Shown here piece after piece: positions 43,195 to 56,840 of a stretch of 64,000 nt of DNA. The DNA comes from an uncultured Acidobacteriota bacterium. Lineage in GTDB: Bacteria > Acidobacteriota > Polarisedimenticolia > J045. A program made the position numbers and the translations under genes. The notes beneath the pieces were generated by a model. The model was not told where the DNA came from. It saw only the letters and a list, made by a program, of their open reading frames with translations, and did not search any database. The stretch spans positions 32,001 to 96,000 of the forward strand of contig CAVPCQ010000015.1 of NCBI GenBank assembly GCA_963702425.1, read 5' to 3'. How positions within the stretch are numbered: position 1 is the first letter of the stretch; each line of letters begins with the position of its first letter.

Positions 43195-45099
43195 TCATTC
43201 GCCGGAGAAGTTGACGACCACCACGACCTCGGATTCGACGGCGCGGCTGCCGAGCGTCGCCGGACGATAGCGCCACTGCCGGACCGCGGACTCTGCCGCC
43301 TTGCCGAAGCCGACGACCGGCTTGGGCTCGGAAATCACGGTGACGGCGCCGACGCTCCCATCGGAACGCACCTTGAGCTGCAGCTTGACCTGCCCGGACA
43401 TCCGCATCTGCCGGGCCCCCGCGGGGAAGACCGGCGTGGCGCGCGAAGCGGCGATCAGTTCCGGGCCGACGTAGCGGGCCAGTGACGCGTCGGGCGGCGT
43501 CTGCGCCGCGGGCAGCGTGCCGTCGGGTGCGACGTCGGGGATGAACTCGGCTTCCGGCTGTGGCACCGGCGGAGCGGCGGTCGTAGCCGGCGTCGCGATC
43601 ACGGCAGACTCGGTCAACGTCGGCGGGGGCGGGGTCGAGGCCGTCGGAGGCGGAGCCGCTCCGTCGGACGGCACGGACCTCGCCGGGACGACGTTTCCGG
43701 TGGACGCCGGGGTCCCCTGCGCTTCCCGCGGGGCGAGACCGGTTTCCGCCGCGGGACGTGCCGGAGGAGTCGGCGCCGACGAGACCGGAGGGAGAGTCGC
43801 GGGGGGCTTCTTCGCCTCGATCGCCGGGGCGGCCGCGGCGTCGGCGACCACCGGCCCCTCGACAGCCGGTTGCGGCCCAGCGGGGGGGGCCTCCCGTGGA
43901 GCGGCGACCGCTGTGTCGGCGGTCTCCTCGCCCGGTTCCCCGAGCTTCTGCAGCGCCACGAAGGCGACGCCGATCCCGATCAGCGCGACGGCAGCGGCAA
44001 TCGCCACCGGCCGCACCAGGTTGAAGCCGGGACGCGCGGGCGCCACTTCGGCGGTCGGCCCGACCGGCGAGGCCGGAACGGCGGCGGTCTGCGCCTTTGA
44101 CGGCGCGGCGACCGGCGCGATGGGCTTCGCCACGGCGGGCCCGGAGTGCGCGATGCCGACGACCGGGCCTGTCGGCTGGGGCGCGCCGGCAGCGGGACGC
44201 GGGACGGCCGGAACCAGCGGGAGGGCGGGGCGCGGGGAAACCGTGAGTGGCGTCGCGATGGGCGACGTCGTCGGTGCGCTCGACTTCACTCTCCCGGTGG
44301 GGGTCCGCTCGACGTCGGCCTCGGCAGGCCCCGACTGTTCCAGCAGCGCGGCGGAAACCGTGGCGCCGGCATTGCGGGCCGAGGGCGTGGCAGCGGTCGC
44401 GACGGTATCGCGGGGCACCGGCGCGGCGGCGGCGCGGGCGCTGGTGGCGACCGCGCCGGTCGGTCCGCGCTCCGGGACCGATGCGACGCCCCCGGTCCGG
44501 GGCCCCGTCGCCGATCCGGTACCCGTTGGAGCGACGGCGTCCCCGTCCGCGAACCACTGCGCGAACATCTGGTCCACCATGTTCTCGAGTTCGTTTTCCG
44601 GGGGAGGCGGCGTGCGCTGCCCGCTCGCGGTGGTGATCTCCCCGGGGCTCGCCGGCGAGGTGGTCCGAACCGGCGGAGGCGCGGCGGACGGGGCAGCCGT
44701 CGGGACGGCGGGCAGGGAACCGGCGTGTCCCAGCGCACGCTCGGCCGCCGCGAGCAGCAGCCGATCGTCCTTGGGCCGCTCGAGGAACAGCTCGGCGCCG
44801 GCGTCGCGGGCGAGCGCCTTCCAGCGCGCCCCGTGCAGGGAACGGGACGCGAGGATGATCGGCACCTGCCGGGCCGGACCGAGCCGCTCGGCCAGGCTGG
44901 CGCACAGGCGCATCCCCTCGTTTTCGTCCGGCCGGGCCGGATCGATCACGACCAGGGCCGGAGTCCCCGCCGCCAGCGCCCGGTCGAGCTCGGCGTGGCT
45001 GCGGGCCAGCGTGAACGGGATCCCGCGGGTGGCGAGCAGGGCCCCGGTCAACTCGGCGGCGACGGGGTCGAAGTCGATCAGCAATACGCGCTTGTCCAA
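43195..45099 (-). CDS. Receiver domain - Pro/Ala linker - TM - TonB C-terminal domain fusion
   Basis: N-term RVLLIDFD..PALVVID..PIILAS; single TM; C-term PVFPAGARQMRMSGQVKL..AVRQWRYRPA. Confidence 0.82.
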   Translation of the reverse strand: MDKRVLLIDFDPVAAELTGALLATRGIPFTLARSHAELDRALAAGTPALVVIDPARPDENEGMRLCASLAERLGPARQVPIILASRSLHGARWKALARDAGAELFLERPKDDRLLLAAAERALGHAGSLPAVPTAAPSAAPPPVRTTSPASPGEITTASGQRTPPPPENELENMVDQMFAQWFADGDAVAPTGTGSATGPRTGGVASVPERGPTGAVATSARAAAAPVPRDTVATAATPSARNAGATVSAALLEQSGPAEADVERTPTGRVKSSAPTTSPIATPLTVSPRPALPLVPAVPRPAAGAPQPTGPVVGIAHSGPAVAKPIAPVAAPSKAQTAAVPASPVGPTAEVAPARPGFNLVRPVAIAAAVALIGIGVAFVALQKLGEPGEETADTAVAAPREAPPAGPQPAVEGPVVADAAAAPAIEAKKPPATLPPVSSAPTPPARPAAETGLAPREAQGTPASTGNVVPARSVPSDGAAPPPTASTPPPPTLTESAVIATPATTAAPPVPQPEAEFIPDVAPDGTLPAAQTPPDASLARYVGPELIAASRATPVFPAGARQMRMSGQVKLQLKVRSDGSVGAVTVISEPKPVVGFGKAAESAVRQWRYRPATLGSRAVESEVVVVVNFSGE

Positions 45100-45253
45100 G
45101 GGAAGACCTCGGGTCGTGCCTCTCTGGAGAAGCTAGGTCGCAGGAGTGCGCTGATCAACGCGGTCGTCCGGGGGCCGCCGCCCTCACGGGAGGGGGCGGG
45201 GAGGGGGTCCGGGACGACCTCGAGGCGGCCCTCCGACTGCGGTCAGGGGGGCC

Positions 45254-45284
45254 GGGCCGGCACGGCGGCCGGGCCCCTCCCTAC
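45254..45284 (-). repeat. Degenerate REP-like palindrome, copy 3
   Basis: Minus strand GTAGGGAGGGGCCCGGCCGCCGTGCCGGCCC, nearly identical to copy 1, overlapping the TAG stop of the TPR gene. Confidence 0.55.
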
Positions 45285-46269
45285 TGCTTGCGCTTGAACT
45301 GGACGAGTTCGATCAGCGCGTCGGCCGGAGCCCCGGCGCCGAGCCGCTTGGCCGCATCCGCCTGGGCCAGGGCCTCGTCATACAGCTCGAGACGAAGGAG
45401 CGTTTCGGAGTACGCCAGGCGCGCGTCAACATTCGAGTCCCGGATCTCGACCGCCCGCTCGAGCTGGACCGCCGCCTCCTCGAGGCGTCCGGCCGCGGCG
45501 AGCAGGTTCCCGAGAACGAGCCGGATTTCACCGTCGTCCGGAACCAACGCCACGACCCGGCTCCAGTAGACGATTGCGCTGTCGGTCCTGCCCAGTAGCT
45601 CCATGATGCGCGCCACGCGCATCTGAACCCTTGCGTTATCGAGGCTGTTCTCCGCAGCCTGCTGCATGATCAGCAGCCCCTCGGGGGTCTTGCCATCGTT
45701 GTAGAGGAACAGCCCGAGATTGAACTGGGCGCCGCCGTTCTTCGGATCGAGCTTCACCGCCCGGCGCAGGTAATCTTCCGCCTCGGCGTTCGACAGCTGC
45801 TTCCAGCGGATCGAGCCCGCCATGAAGTAGGCTTCCGCCGCGAGGCGGTTCGGCGCCAGTGGCGAGCGGGCGGCGCGCAGCGCGACATCTGCGGCCTCAG
45901 CGTCACGTTTTGCGGCGGCAAGTCCCTTGGCGTAGAGCAGCATCACCGCCGGCTCGTCCGGCGCCATGCCTGAGGCGCGTGCGAGCGCCGCGAGCCCCTC
46001 ATCGACATTTCCGGACCGTACCAGCGCGAGCCCGTACTGGGCCCGGCGCTCCGGATCGTTTGGCCTGGCCCTCGCCTCGGCCTCGAGCTGCGCCAGGTCA
46101 GGGCGCGCCTCGGCCCCCGTCGGTTCCGGGCCGGGGGCGAGCGCGGCCGACGCGGAGGGGGGGGCGCGGGAGGCGGAGGGGCCTGCGCCTGCGCACCCGG
46201 CGCGAGGCCGATCGCGAGTGCACAGAGTATGCCCACGGCGCTCCCGCGCGGATCGCTCGCGAGCCGCAT
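45281..46269 (-). CDS. Secreted TPR protein (frameshift in the G8 run at 46157-46164)
   Basis: ATG 46269 (TGATG coupling) gives signal peptide MRLASDPRGSAVGILCALAIGLAPGAQA; the TPR body is in ORF 45281..46444; G9 or G6 restores the frame. Confidence 0.78.
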
Positions 46270-47672
46270 CACGCGCCCTCGCGCAAGCGCGCGCTCGCCA
46301 GCCGAACCAGTCCGTGGTGCTCGAGCCGCTTGTAGAGGTTCGAGCGCGGCGTTCCGATCGCCTGCGCCGTGCGGGTGATGTTCCAACCGTTCTCCTCCAG
46401 TCGCGCCAGGAGGTAGTCACGCTCCGAGCGCTCCTTGAACTCACGCAGCGTCGGTGCGCCGAGCCAGCTCCCGGCCGGGGTCGCGGTCGTCGTATCGGTC
46501 CCTGGCAGATCCCCGAGTTCGACCACGTCTCCGGGCGCCAGGATCAGCGCCCGCTCGATGACATTCGACAGTTCGCGCACATTCCCCGGCCAGGAACGCG
46601 CTGCCAGTTCCGCCAGCGCAGCGGGAGAGAAGCGCCGCGGCCGGAAATTGTTGTCCTCCGTGGCCCGCCGTGCCAGCTGCTCGACGAGCGCTGGCACATC
46701 CTCGCGCCGCTCGCGCAGCGGCGGAATGGGAATCGGAAGGACCGAGAGACGGTAGTAGAGATCCTCGCGAAAGCGGCCCGCGGCGAGCTCTCTCCGCAGG
46801 TCCTTGTTCGTCGCAGCGATCACGCGCACATCGACCAGGATCGGCGCGCCGGCGCCGAGCGGCTCGATCTCGCCCTCCTGGAGCGCCCGCAGCACCTTGG
46901 CCTGCGTGCGCAACGACATGTCGCCGATCTCGTCGAGGAAGATCGTCCCGGCGTGGGCCCGGGCGAAGCGCCCCTTCTGGCGCGCGCTCGCCCCGGTGAA
47001 CGACCCCTTCTCGTGCCCGAAGAGCTCGGACTCGATCAGCTCGTCCGGGATCGCCGCGCAGTTGACCTTGATGAACGGCCCCTCCGAGCGCGACGAGGCT
47101 CGATGGATGGCGCGCGCCACGAGTTCCTTCCCCGTCCCCGACTCGCCGGTGATCAGCACCGTGGCCTGGGCGGGTCCGGCGCGCGCGATGAGTTCGCGCA
47201 CGCGCGTCATCGCGACCGAGTCGCCGACCAGCTGGTGACGATCCTCCTCGTCGTGGCGCCGCGAGGCAAACTCCTCGCGCAGGTGCGCGCGCTCGAGCAG
47301 GCCGGCGATGCGCGTCAGCACCACGTCCCGCTCGAGCGGCTTCTCGAGGAAATCCTGCGCCCCGAGCCGCAGCGCAGAGACCGCGGTCTCGATCGTGCCG
47401 TGGCCCGACACCATCAGGACCGGCAGCCCCGGGTGGAGGCCGCGAATCCGCTCCAGCGCGTCCAGCCCGGACATCCCCTTCATCCGGATGTCGAGCAGCA
47501 CGGCGTCGGCGGGGGAGCGGGAGAGGACCGACAGCGCGTCCTCCCCGCTCGCCGCCTCGAGGACCCGGTACCCCTCGTACTCGAGGATCATCCGCAGCGC
47601 GTCGCGGATCGCGGCCTCGTCGTCGACCACGAGGACCGTGGCACCGGGGTACCGCGAGGCCACGGCCGTCAC
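46269..47672 (-). CDS. Sigma54-dependent response regulator (NtrC/NtrX-like)
   Basis: REC (VVDDE, LLD), GESGTGKE, ESELFGHEKGSFTGA, WPGNVREL, Fis-type HTH. Confidence 0.95.
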   Translation of the reverse strand: MTAVASRYPGATVLVVDDEAAIRDALRMILEYEGYRVLEAASGEDALSVLSRSPADAVLLDIRMKGMSGLDALERIRGLHPGLPVLMVSGHGTIETAVSALRLGAQDFLEKPLERDVVLTRIAGLLERAHLREEFASRRHDEEDRHQLVGDSVAMTRVRELIARAGPAQATVLITGESGTGKELVARAIHRASSRSEGPFIKVNCAAIPDELIESELFGHEKGSFTGASARQKGRFARAHAGTIFLDEIGDMSLRTQAKVLRALQEGEIEPLGAGAPILVDVRVIAATNKDLRRELAAGRFREDLYYRLSVLPIPIPPLRERREDVPALVEQLARRATEDNNFRPRRFSPAALAELAARSWPGNVRELSNVIERALILAPGDVVELGDLPGTDTTTATPAGSWLGAPTLREFKERSERDYLLARLEENGWNITRTAQAIGTPRSNLYKRLEHHGLVRLASARLREGA

Positions 47673-49300
47673 TTCCTCGCGGCGGGCGCGCGGAAGAAGA
47701 TCAGGGCCTGATCGCCGTCCATGGAGCGCACGATCGCCCGGACCACGTCGCCCGGCTTGATGCCCTGGACGACGCTCCGGAAGTCGGCCACGGTCGGCGT
47801 CGGCTTGCCGTTGACGTCGGTGATCACTGCACCCGGCTGCAGACCCTCGCGATAGGCATTGGAGGTCGGATCGACGGCGGTCACCAGGACGCCGCGGATA
47901 CCGCGCTTCTCCAGCATCTCGCGCATCTCGGGCCTGACCGGCCCGACCGTGATGCCGAGACTCGTCTCGCTCTCCGCTTCCTTGGGAGACGGCACGGGCG
48001 CAGCGCGGCCTTCCTCTTCTTCCAGCCCGATCCGCCGCTCGGCCAGCGTGACGTCGAGCGCCAGCTTCTGGCCACGCTTGGCCTGGGTGTCGAAGCGCCA
48101 GATGTCGAGCCGCACGACGTCTCCCGGCCGCTTCGCGCTGATCGCGTTGACCAGTTCGCTGCTGTTCGAGACCGGCCGGCCGTCGACGGAGATGATGACG
48201 TCTTCCTGCCGGACGCCGGCCTTCGCGGCCGGCGTGTCCGCGTCGACGCGCTGCACCACCGCGCCGCTGGCGTCGGGAAGGCCGTAGAAGGCCGCCCCGT
48301 TCTCGGAGAGCGGGCTGACCGACACGCCGAGATAGCCGCGGCGCACCGTGCCGGTGGTAACGAGCTGGTCGAGCGAGCGCCGGGCGGCGTCCATCGGGAG
48401 CGCGAAGCCGATCCCTTCGATCAGTCCCCCGCGGCCGCCGAACGGGCCGCCGTCGTTGCGGACGATCGCGGTGTTGATCCCGATCACCTCGCCCCGGGCG
48501 TTGAGCAGGGGGCCGCCCGAGTTACCGAAGTTGATCGCGGCGTCGGTCTGGATGTAGTCCCCGAGCTCGGTGGCATCGCCGTTCAGCCGCCGACCCTTGC
48601 CGCTGACGACGCCGGCGGTGACGCTGTTCCGGTACATGATCGGGTTGCCGATCGCGACGACCCACTCGCCGACGCGCAGCGCATCGGAGCTGCCGAGGGG
48701 CAGCGCGGCAAGCGGCTTGTCGGACTCGACCTTGATCACCGCAAGGTCGAGGTAAGGATCGATGCCGACCAGCTTGGCCTCGAACTCGCGGTCGTCGGAG
48801 GTCCTGACACGCAGGTCTTCCGCCTTCTCGACGACGTGCCGGTTGGTCATGATGTAGCCGTCGGTGGTGAAGAAGAAGCCCGAGCCGCCGGACCGCTCGG
48901 GGCGCGAGCGCGGCCGCTGTCCGTCCCCCGGTGCGTCGGGCGGCTGCTGCTCCTCTTCGAAGAAGCGGCGGAAAAGGGGGTTGTCCCGGAACATTTCATG
49001 CGGGTCCTGCGCGTCCTCGATGTAGCGCATCGAGGAGATCTGGACCACGGACGGGATCGCCCGTTCCGCGAGATCGGCGAACGAGGGGGGCGCGACCGCC
49101 GGCGCCGGGGGCGGCGGCGGGGCGAGCTTGAGCTGCGAGAGCTCCGCGTTCGCCGGGGCGAGCGCGGCCGCGCCGGGTCCGCCCGCTCCGAGCGGCGCGC
49201 CCGCGCCGCCCGCGGTCGGGGCCACGGTCGCCACCAGCGCGCCGAGACCGACCGCCGCGGAGAGCATCACCGTCATGCCGAAGAAACCCGTGGACTTCAT
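47669..49300 (-). CDS. HtrA/DegP family serine protease with two PDZ domains
   Basis: GSGF, TNRHVV, DLAVIK, IQTDAAINFGNSGGPL; GGAGG RBS before ATG 49300. Confidence 0.95.
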   Translation of the reverse strand: MKSTGFFGMTVMLSAAVGLGALVATVAPTAGGAGAPLGAGGPGAAALAPANAELSQLKLAPPPPPAPAVAPPSFADLAERAIPSVVQISSMRYIEDAQDPHEMFRDNPLFRRFFEEEQQPPDAPGDGQRPRSRPERSGGSGFFFTTDGYIMTNRHVVEKAEDLRVRTSDDREFEAKLVGIDPYLDLAVIKVESDKPLAALPLGSSDALRVGEWVVAIGNPIMYRNSVTAGVVSGKGRRLNGDATELGDYIQTDAAINFGNSGGPLLNARGEVIGINTAIVRNDGGPFGGRGGLIEGIGFALPMDAARRSLDQLVTTGTVRRGYLGVSVSPLSENGAAFYGLPDASGAVVQRVDADTPAAKAGVRQEDVIISVDGRPVSNSSELVNAISAKRPGDVVRLDIWRFDTQAKRGQKLALDVTLAERRIGLEEEEGRAAPVPSPKEAESETSLGITVGPVRPEMREMLEKRGIRGVLVTAVDPTSNAYREGLQPGAVITDVNGKPTPTVADFRSVVQGIKPGDVVRAIVRSMDGDQALIFFRAPAARK

Positions 49301-49395
49301 GCCGAAACCTCCGGGACCCGTGGGGCCCGCCATGTGGCTCCTCGCTGCTGGGAGCCCAAAAGGGTGCGCCAGACGGCGCCCTCCCGCCAATCGTC

Positions 49396-50837
49396 TCAAT
49401 CCCAGAGGGCGTCGTTCCCCGCCACCGGGAAGCCCTCCTCCCGGTACTGCTTGATCTTGCGCTGCAGTGTTCTCAGACCGATCCCCAGCGTCTCCGCCGC
49501 CTGCGTCCGGTTGCCCGCGGTCAGCTCCAGCGTGCGCAGGATCACCTCGCGCTCGATTTCTTCCATCCGCCGCCCGACCATCGCGCCCGCGCTGCCCGGC
49601 GCCTCCGCGCCCGAGGCGGCCGGCGCAGCGGACACCGCGGCCCGCCGCAGCTCTTCCGGGAGCTGTGCCGTCCCGATCTCCTCGCCCGAGTGAAGAATGA
49701 CGATCGACTCCATCAGATTGCGTAGCTCGCGCACGTTGCCCGGCCACGGGGCCCGCTTCAGCAGCTGTGCAGCGTCCGCCGTCAGCACCGGCACCGCACG
49801 GTCGTTCTCCCGCGAGAAGCGCTCGAGAAACGCGGACGCGATCAGCGGGATGTCGTCGCGCCGCTCGCGCAGCGACGGGACCGCCAGCGTGACCACCGCC
49901 AGCCGGTAGAACAGGTCCTGCCTGAACGCGCCCTGGTCGGCCATCTGGCCCAGGTCGCGGTTGGTCGCGGCAAGCACCCGCACGTCGACGCGCACCTCTT
50001 CGGTGCCGCCGACCCGCATGAAGCGCTGCGACTCGAGCGCGCGCAACAGCTTGGCCTGCAGCGTCAGCGGCAGCTCGCCGATCTCGTCGAGGAAGAGGGT
50101 CCCGCCGTTGGCCACCTCGAACTTCCCGGACTTGCGGGCCTGTGCGCCGGTGAACGAGCCCCGCTCGTGACCGAACAGCTCCGATTCCAGGATCTCGTGC
50201 GGGATCGATGCGCAGTCGACCGGGAGGAAGGTCTGCCGCGCACGCGGCGAGAGCCGATGAATCGCGCGTGCGACCAGCTCCTTGCCCGTACCCGACTCGC
50301 CCAGGATCAGCACCGAGGAGCGTGCCGGCGAGACCTGCTGGAGCTTGCGGAACATCTCGACCATCGGCGCCGTGCGGCCGACCATCCCTTCGAATGCTCC
50401 GTCGTGGCGGAGGATGCTCTCGATCCCGCGATACTCGTTGACCTCACGCCCGAGACGGATCTTCTCCATCAGATTGGCGACCCGCGCGCGCAGCACTTCC
50501 AGGTTCACCGGTTTTTCAAGGTAGTCTTCGGCGCCGAACTTCATCGCACCGACCGCGGTCTCCACCGAGCCGAACGCGGTGATCATCAACGCGCCGATGT
50601 CGGGAACCATCTCCCGCGCGCGGCGCAGGACCTCGAGCCCGTCGATACCCGGCATCTTGAGGTCGGTCACGAGCAGTTCGATGTCCGGGTGCTCGCGCAG
50701 CCAGGCCAGCGCCTCGAGCCCGTCCGCGAACGGGAACACGTCGTAGCCGACGCGCTGCAGCGCGCGCGCCATCGCCTGGCGTCCGGCCGCGTCGTCGTCG
50801 ACGAGGATCAGCCGCCCCTTCGTGCCGTTCGCTTCCA

Positions 50838-50838
<1 letters not shown>
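49396..50838 (-). CDS. Sigma54-dependent response regulator (NtrC/AtoC-like)
   Basis: REC (LVDDD, TDLKMP), GESGTGKE, GSFTGA, WPGNVREL, GNRTQAAETLGI. Confidence 0.95.
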
Positions 50839-54510
<3,672 letters not shown>

Positions 54511-54663
54511 GGCGCAGAAAGCGACTCGGCGGTACCCTCTTCGCCAAGGGTGCGGCCCGCTCGCTGCATCATCACCGCAGGTTAGGCGGTCTCCCGCGCC
54601 GCATCGGGCGCTCTTGCGGGAGAGTAGGCACACAGAGCGCGGGGTTTCGCCGGGGAGACGGAC

Positions 54664-55899
54664 ATGGAAAGCGCAAGGTCCCGAACCGAACAGACCAGCG
54701 GGAACGAACGCGAGCTCGCGGACGCGAAGGGCAGCGTCAGGCTGGGCCAGTACCTCCACAGCCTGCGCACCGGGTACGGCTACTCGCTGCGCAAGGTCGA
54801 GGAGAAGGCTCGCGTCCACGGCGGCGAGATCGACAACTCGCAGCTCAGCCGCTACGAAAAGGGGATCTGCTACCCCTCCTTCGACAAGCTGCGGACGCTG
54901 GCGCGGATCTTCAACGTCTCGATCCAGACCTTCTCCGACGTCGTGGATCTCGAGGAGCTGGAGAAGAACCAGCCCGCGATCAGCGATCCCGACGAGCTGG
55001 TGAAGGGAGGCCATGAGGAGTTCCGCCTTGGCGACTACGGGCGCGCGTACGCGATGTTCCAGCGCGCCCGTCACCTGCTCGAGGAACGCGAGGACGCCGC
55101 GGCGGTCTCACCCGAGGGCGCGTGTCAGATCGCCAAGATCCGGCTGGCGACCGCCATCACGCTCTACCGGCTGGGCAAGATCAGCCTGTCCGAGTACGAG
55201 ATCCGGCAGCTGCTGCGCCTCGGGCGGAACATCGATCCCGGCACCGTGGTGCGCGCACTGCTGCAGCTCTCCAACGTGCACGCCACGTTCGGCGACTTCC
55301 TGCTGGCGGAGATGGAGGCCTCGCGCGCACTGGCGGTCGCGAGCGACCTGCCGGAGCCGATCCTGGCCGCCTACGCGCATCACGCGCTGGGGCGCATCCA
55401 CCAGGAGCGCGAGGAGAACGATCAGGCGCTGGCCCACTACCACGATGCGCTGGCGCGCTACCGCGACGCGGGCGACGTGCACGAAGCGCTCAAGGTGAAA
55501 CTGAATCTCGGCCCGATCTACGCGTCCCGCGGCCAGTTCCGCGAGGGGATTCGCCTGTTGCGCGAGGCGCGGGAGGAGGCGCGGCGGCTCGGTCACCGCT
55601 GGACGGTGGCTTCGGCCGGCGCCTGGCTCGCGGAGATCCACTTCCGCCGGGGCGACTACGTCGCCGCGCGGCAGTTCATCCGCGAGTCGAACGCGATCGC
55701 CGGCAGCGGCGACGTGCAGTACCTGGACATCCTGTTCCTGAACGCCTTCTACGGCTGGAAGATCGCGCTGGCCGAGGACAACCTGGCCGAAGCCAGGATC
55801 GCCCTGGGGCGACTGAAGTACATGCGGCCGAACCTCGAACAGAACCTCCCTGAGGTGCGGGAGTTCGACCGATTCATCGAGAGAGGGGGTGCACGATGA
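54664..55899 (+). CDS. XRE-type HTH plus TPR transcriptional regulator (RRNPP-like architecture)
   Basis: LGQYLHSLR..SLRKVE..SQLSRYEKG..PSFDKLRTLARIFNVS, then TPR helices (AYAHHALGRIH..ALAHYHDAL; LNLGPIYASRG); 411 aa; GGAGA RBS. Confidence 0.88.
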   Translation: MESARSRTEQTSGNERELADAKGSVRLGQYLHSLRTGYGYSLRKVEEKARVHGGEIDNSQLSRYEKGICYPSFDKLRTLARIFNVSIQTFSDVVDLEELEKNQPAISDPDELVKGGHEEFRLGDYGRAYAMFQRARHLLEEREDAAAVSPEGACQIAKIRLATAITLYRLGKISLSEYEIRQLLRLGRNIDPGTVVRALLQLSNVHATFGDFLLAEMEASRALAVASDLPEPILAAYAHHALGRIHQEREENDQALAHYHDALARYRDAGDVHEALKVKLNLGPIYASRGQFREGIRLLREAREEARRLGHRWTVASAGAWLAEIHFRRGDYVAARQFIRESNAIAGSGDVQYLDILFLNAFYGWKIALAEDNLAEARIALGRLKYMRPNLEQNLPEVREFDRFIERGGAR

Positions 55900-56534
55900 A
55901 GCGCTTCTCGATCTTCGCGCTGCTCGTCGGCGTCATGCTGTGCGCCGGTTCTGCGATCGCGGGCTCACCGCCCGTGGCGCGTCCGGCTGGCCTCACGCCC
56001 GACTATCGCGCCGAAGGGGATGGACCGGTCACCATGGCGGTCGATCCCGCGGGACGCATGTGGGCGGTGTGGGCCTACGCTCAAGGGGGGGAGTTCGATG
56101 TCGCCGTGTCCGTTTCCGACGGGCGCGTGTGGACCTTCCCGAAGCTGCTCGGGGTCGCGAACGGCCGCAACGATGTCGACCCCCGGATCGCGTTCCTCCC
56201 GAACGGCACGCCGGTCGTGGTCTGGTGGCAGGAGGCGAGCGCCACCGCCGGCCCGAGCGTGCTGCAGAGTGTCGGTCGTGCCGGAGGCTTCGGACCGCCG
56301 ACGACCGTGCGGCAGGGTGCCCGCCAGCCCCAGATCCTGGCGACCAGCCCCGGCAGTGTGACGCTGGGGCTGCTGAGCGAGTCGGGCGACGTCGGGACCC
56401 AGCAGTCGCCGACGACGCCGATCCCGGTCGGTCCGGACTGGCGCGACAAGCCCACACCCGACGGCGGGACCAACGGCCCCGACCCGATGCCGACGCTGGT
56501 GATCAAGCCGTCCGAATCGCCCCACCCGCGCTGA
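55896..56534 (+). CDS. Secreted protein, beta-rich core plus Pro-rich C-terminal tail
   Basis: Sec signal MKRFSIFALLVGVMLCAGSAIA; ATGA overlap; Asp-box-like VSDGRVWT; terminator follows. Confidence 0.82.
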   Translation: MKRFSIFALLVGVMLCAGSAIAGSPPVARPAGLTPDYRAEGDGPVTMAVDPAGRMWAVWAYAQGGEFDVAVSVSDGRVWTFPKLLGVANGRNDVDPRIAFLPNGTPVVVWWQEASATAGPSVLQSVGRAGGFGPPTTVRQGARQPQILATSPGSVTLGLLSESGDVGTQQSPTTPIPVGPDWRDKPTPDGGTNGPDPMPTLVIKPSESPHPR

Positions 56535-56550
56535 TTCGGGCCTCGAATCC

Positions 56551-56587
56551 GAAGAGCCCCGGCCCCTGCGCCGGGGCTCTTCTTTTT
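56551..56587 (+). terminator. Rho-independent terminator
   Basis: GAAGAGCCCCGG-loop-CCGGGGCTCTTC-TTTTT. Confidence 0.9.
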
Positions 56588-56770
56588 GCCTGAAGGCAGA
56601 CGTCCGTCTGCCGATTTCCCACCCGCCGGGCACTCAAGCCAGACATTTATCGGCTGCGGTGGGAAGGACCGGGCCGCCCCGCACCGGGAAGCCTCCGCCG
56701 GTCGCCGCCCGGGCCGCCCGGAGGCTGGCGCAAGTCGCTGCCGAAAAGGGAAAAACAGCCGCGACGAGGC

Positions 56771-56799
56771 TTGACACGGTTCGTTGATCTCCCTACCAT
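56771..56799 (+). promoter_or_regulatory. Sigma70 promoter of the dcw operon
   Basis: TTGACA-N17-TACCAT. Confidence 0.85.
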
Positions 56800-56804
56800 C
56801 CGCG

Positions 56805-56840
56805 GTGGGAAGAAGTGGGACGTAGTGGGATGACGGGGGA
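56805..56840 (+). promoter_or_regulatory. MraZ-binding repeats (dcw boxes)
   Basis: GTGGGA x3 plus GGGGGA at exact 10-bp period immediately after the -10. Confidence 0.85.

Noticed and set aside
49344-49362. Sigma54 promoter before htrA (TGGCGCACCCTTTTGG)
   Set aside because: No GC at the required GG-N10-GC spacing.
56533-56550. tRNA fragment (TCGAATCC resembles a T-loop)
   Set aside because: Only a small GATTCG/CGAATC hairpin; no cloverleaf and no integrase nearby.
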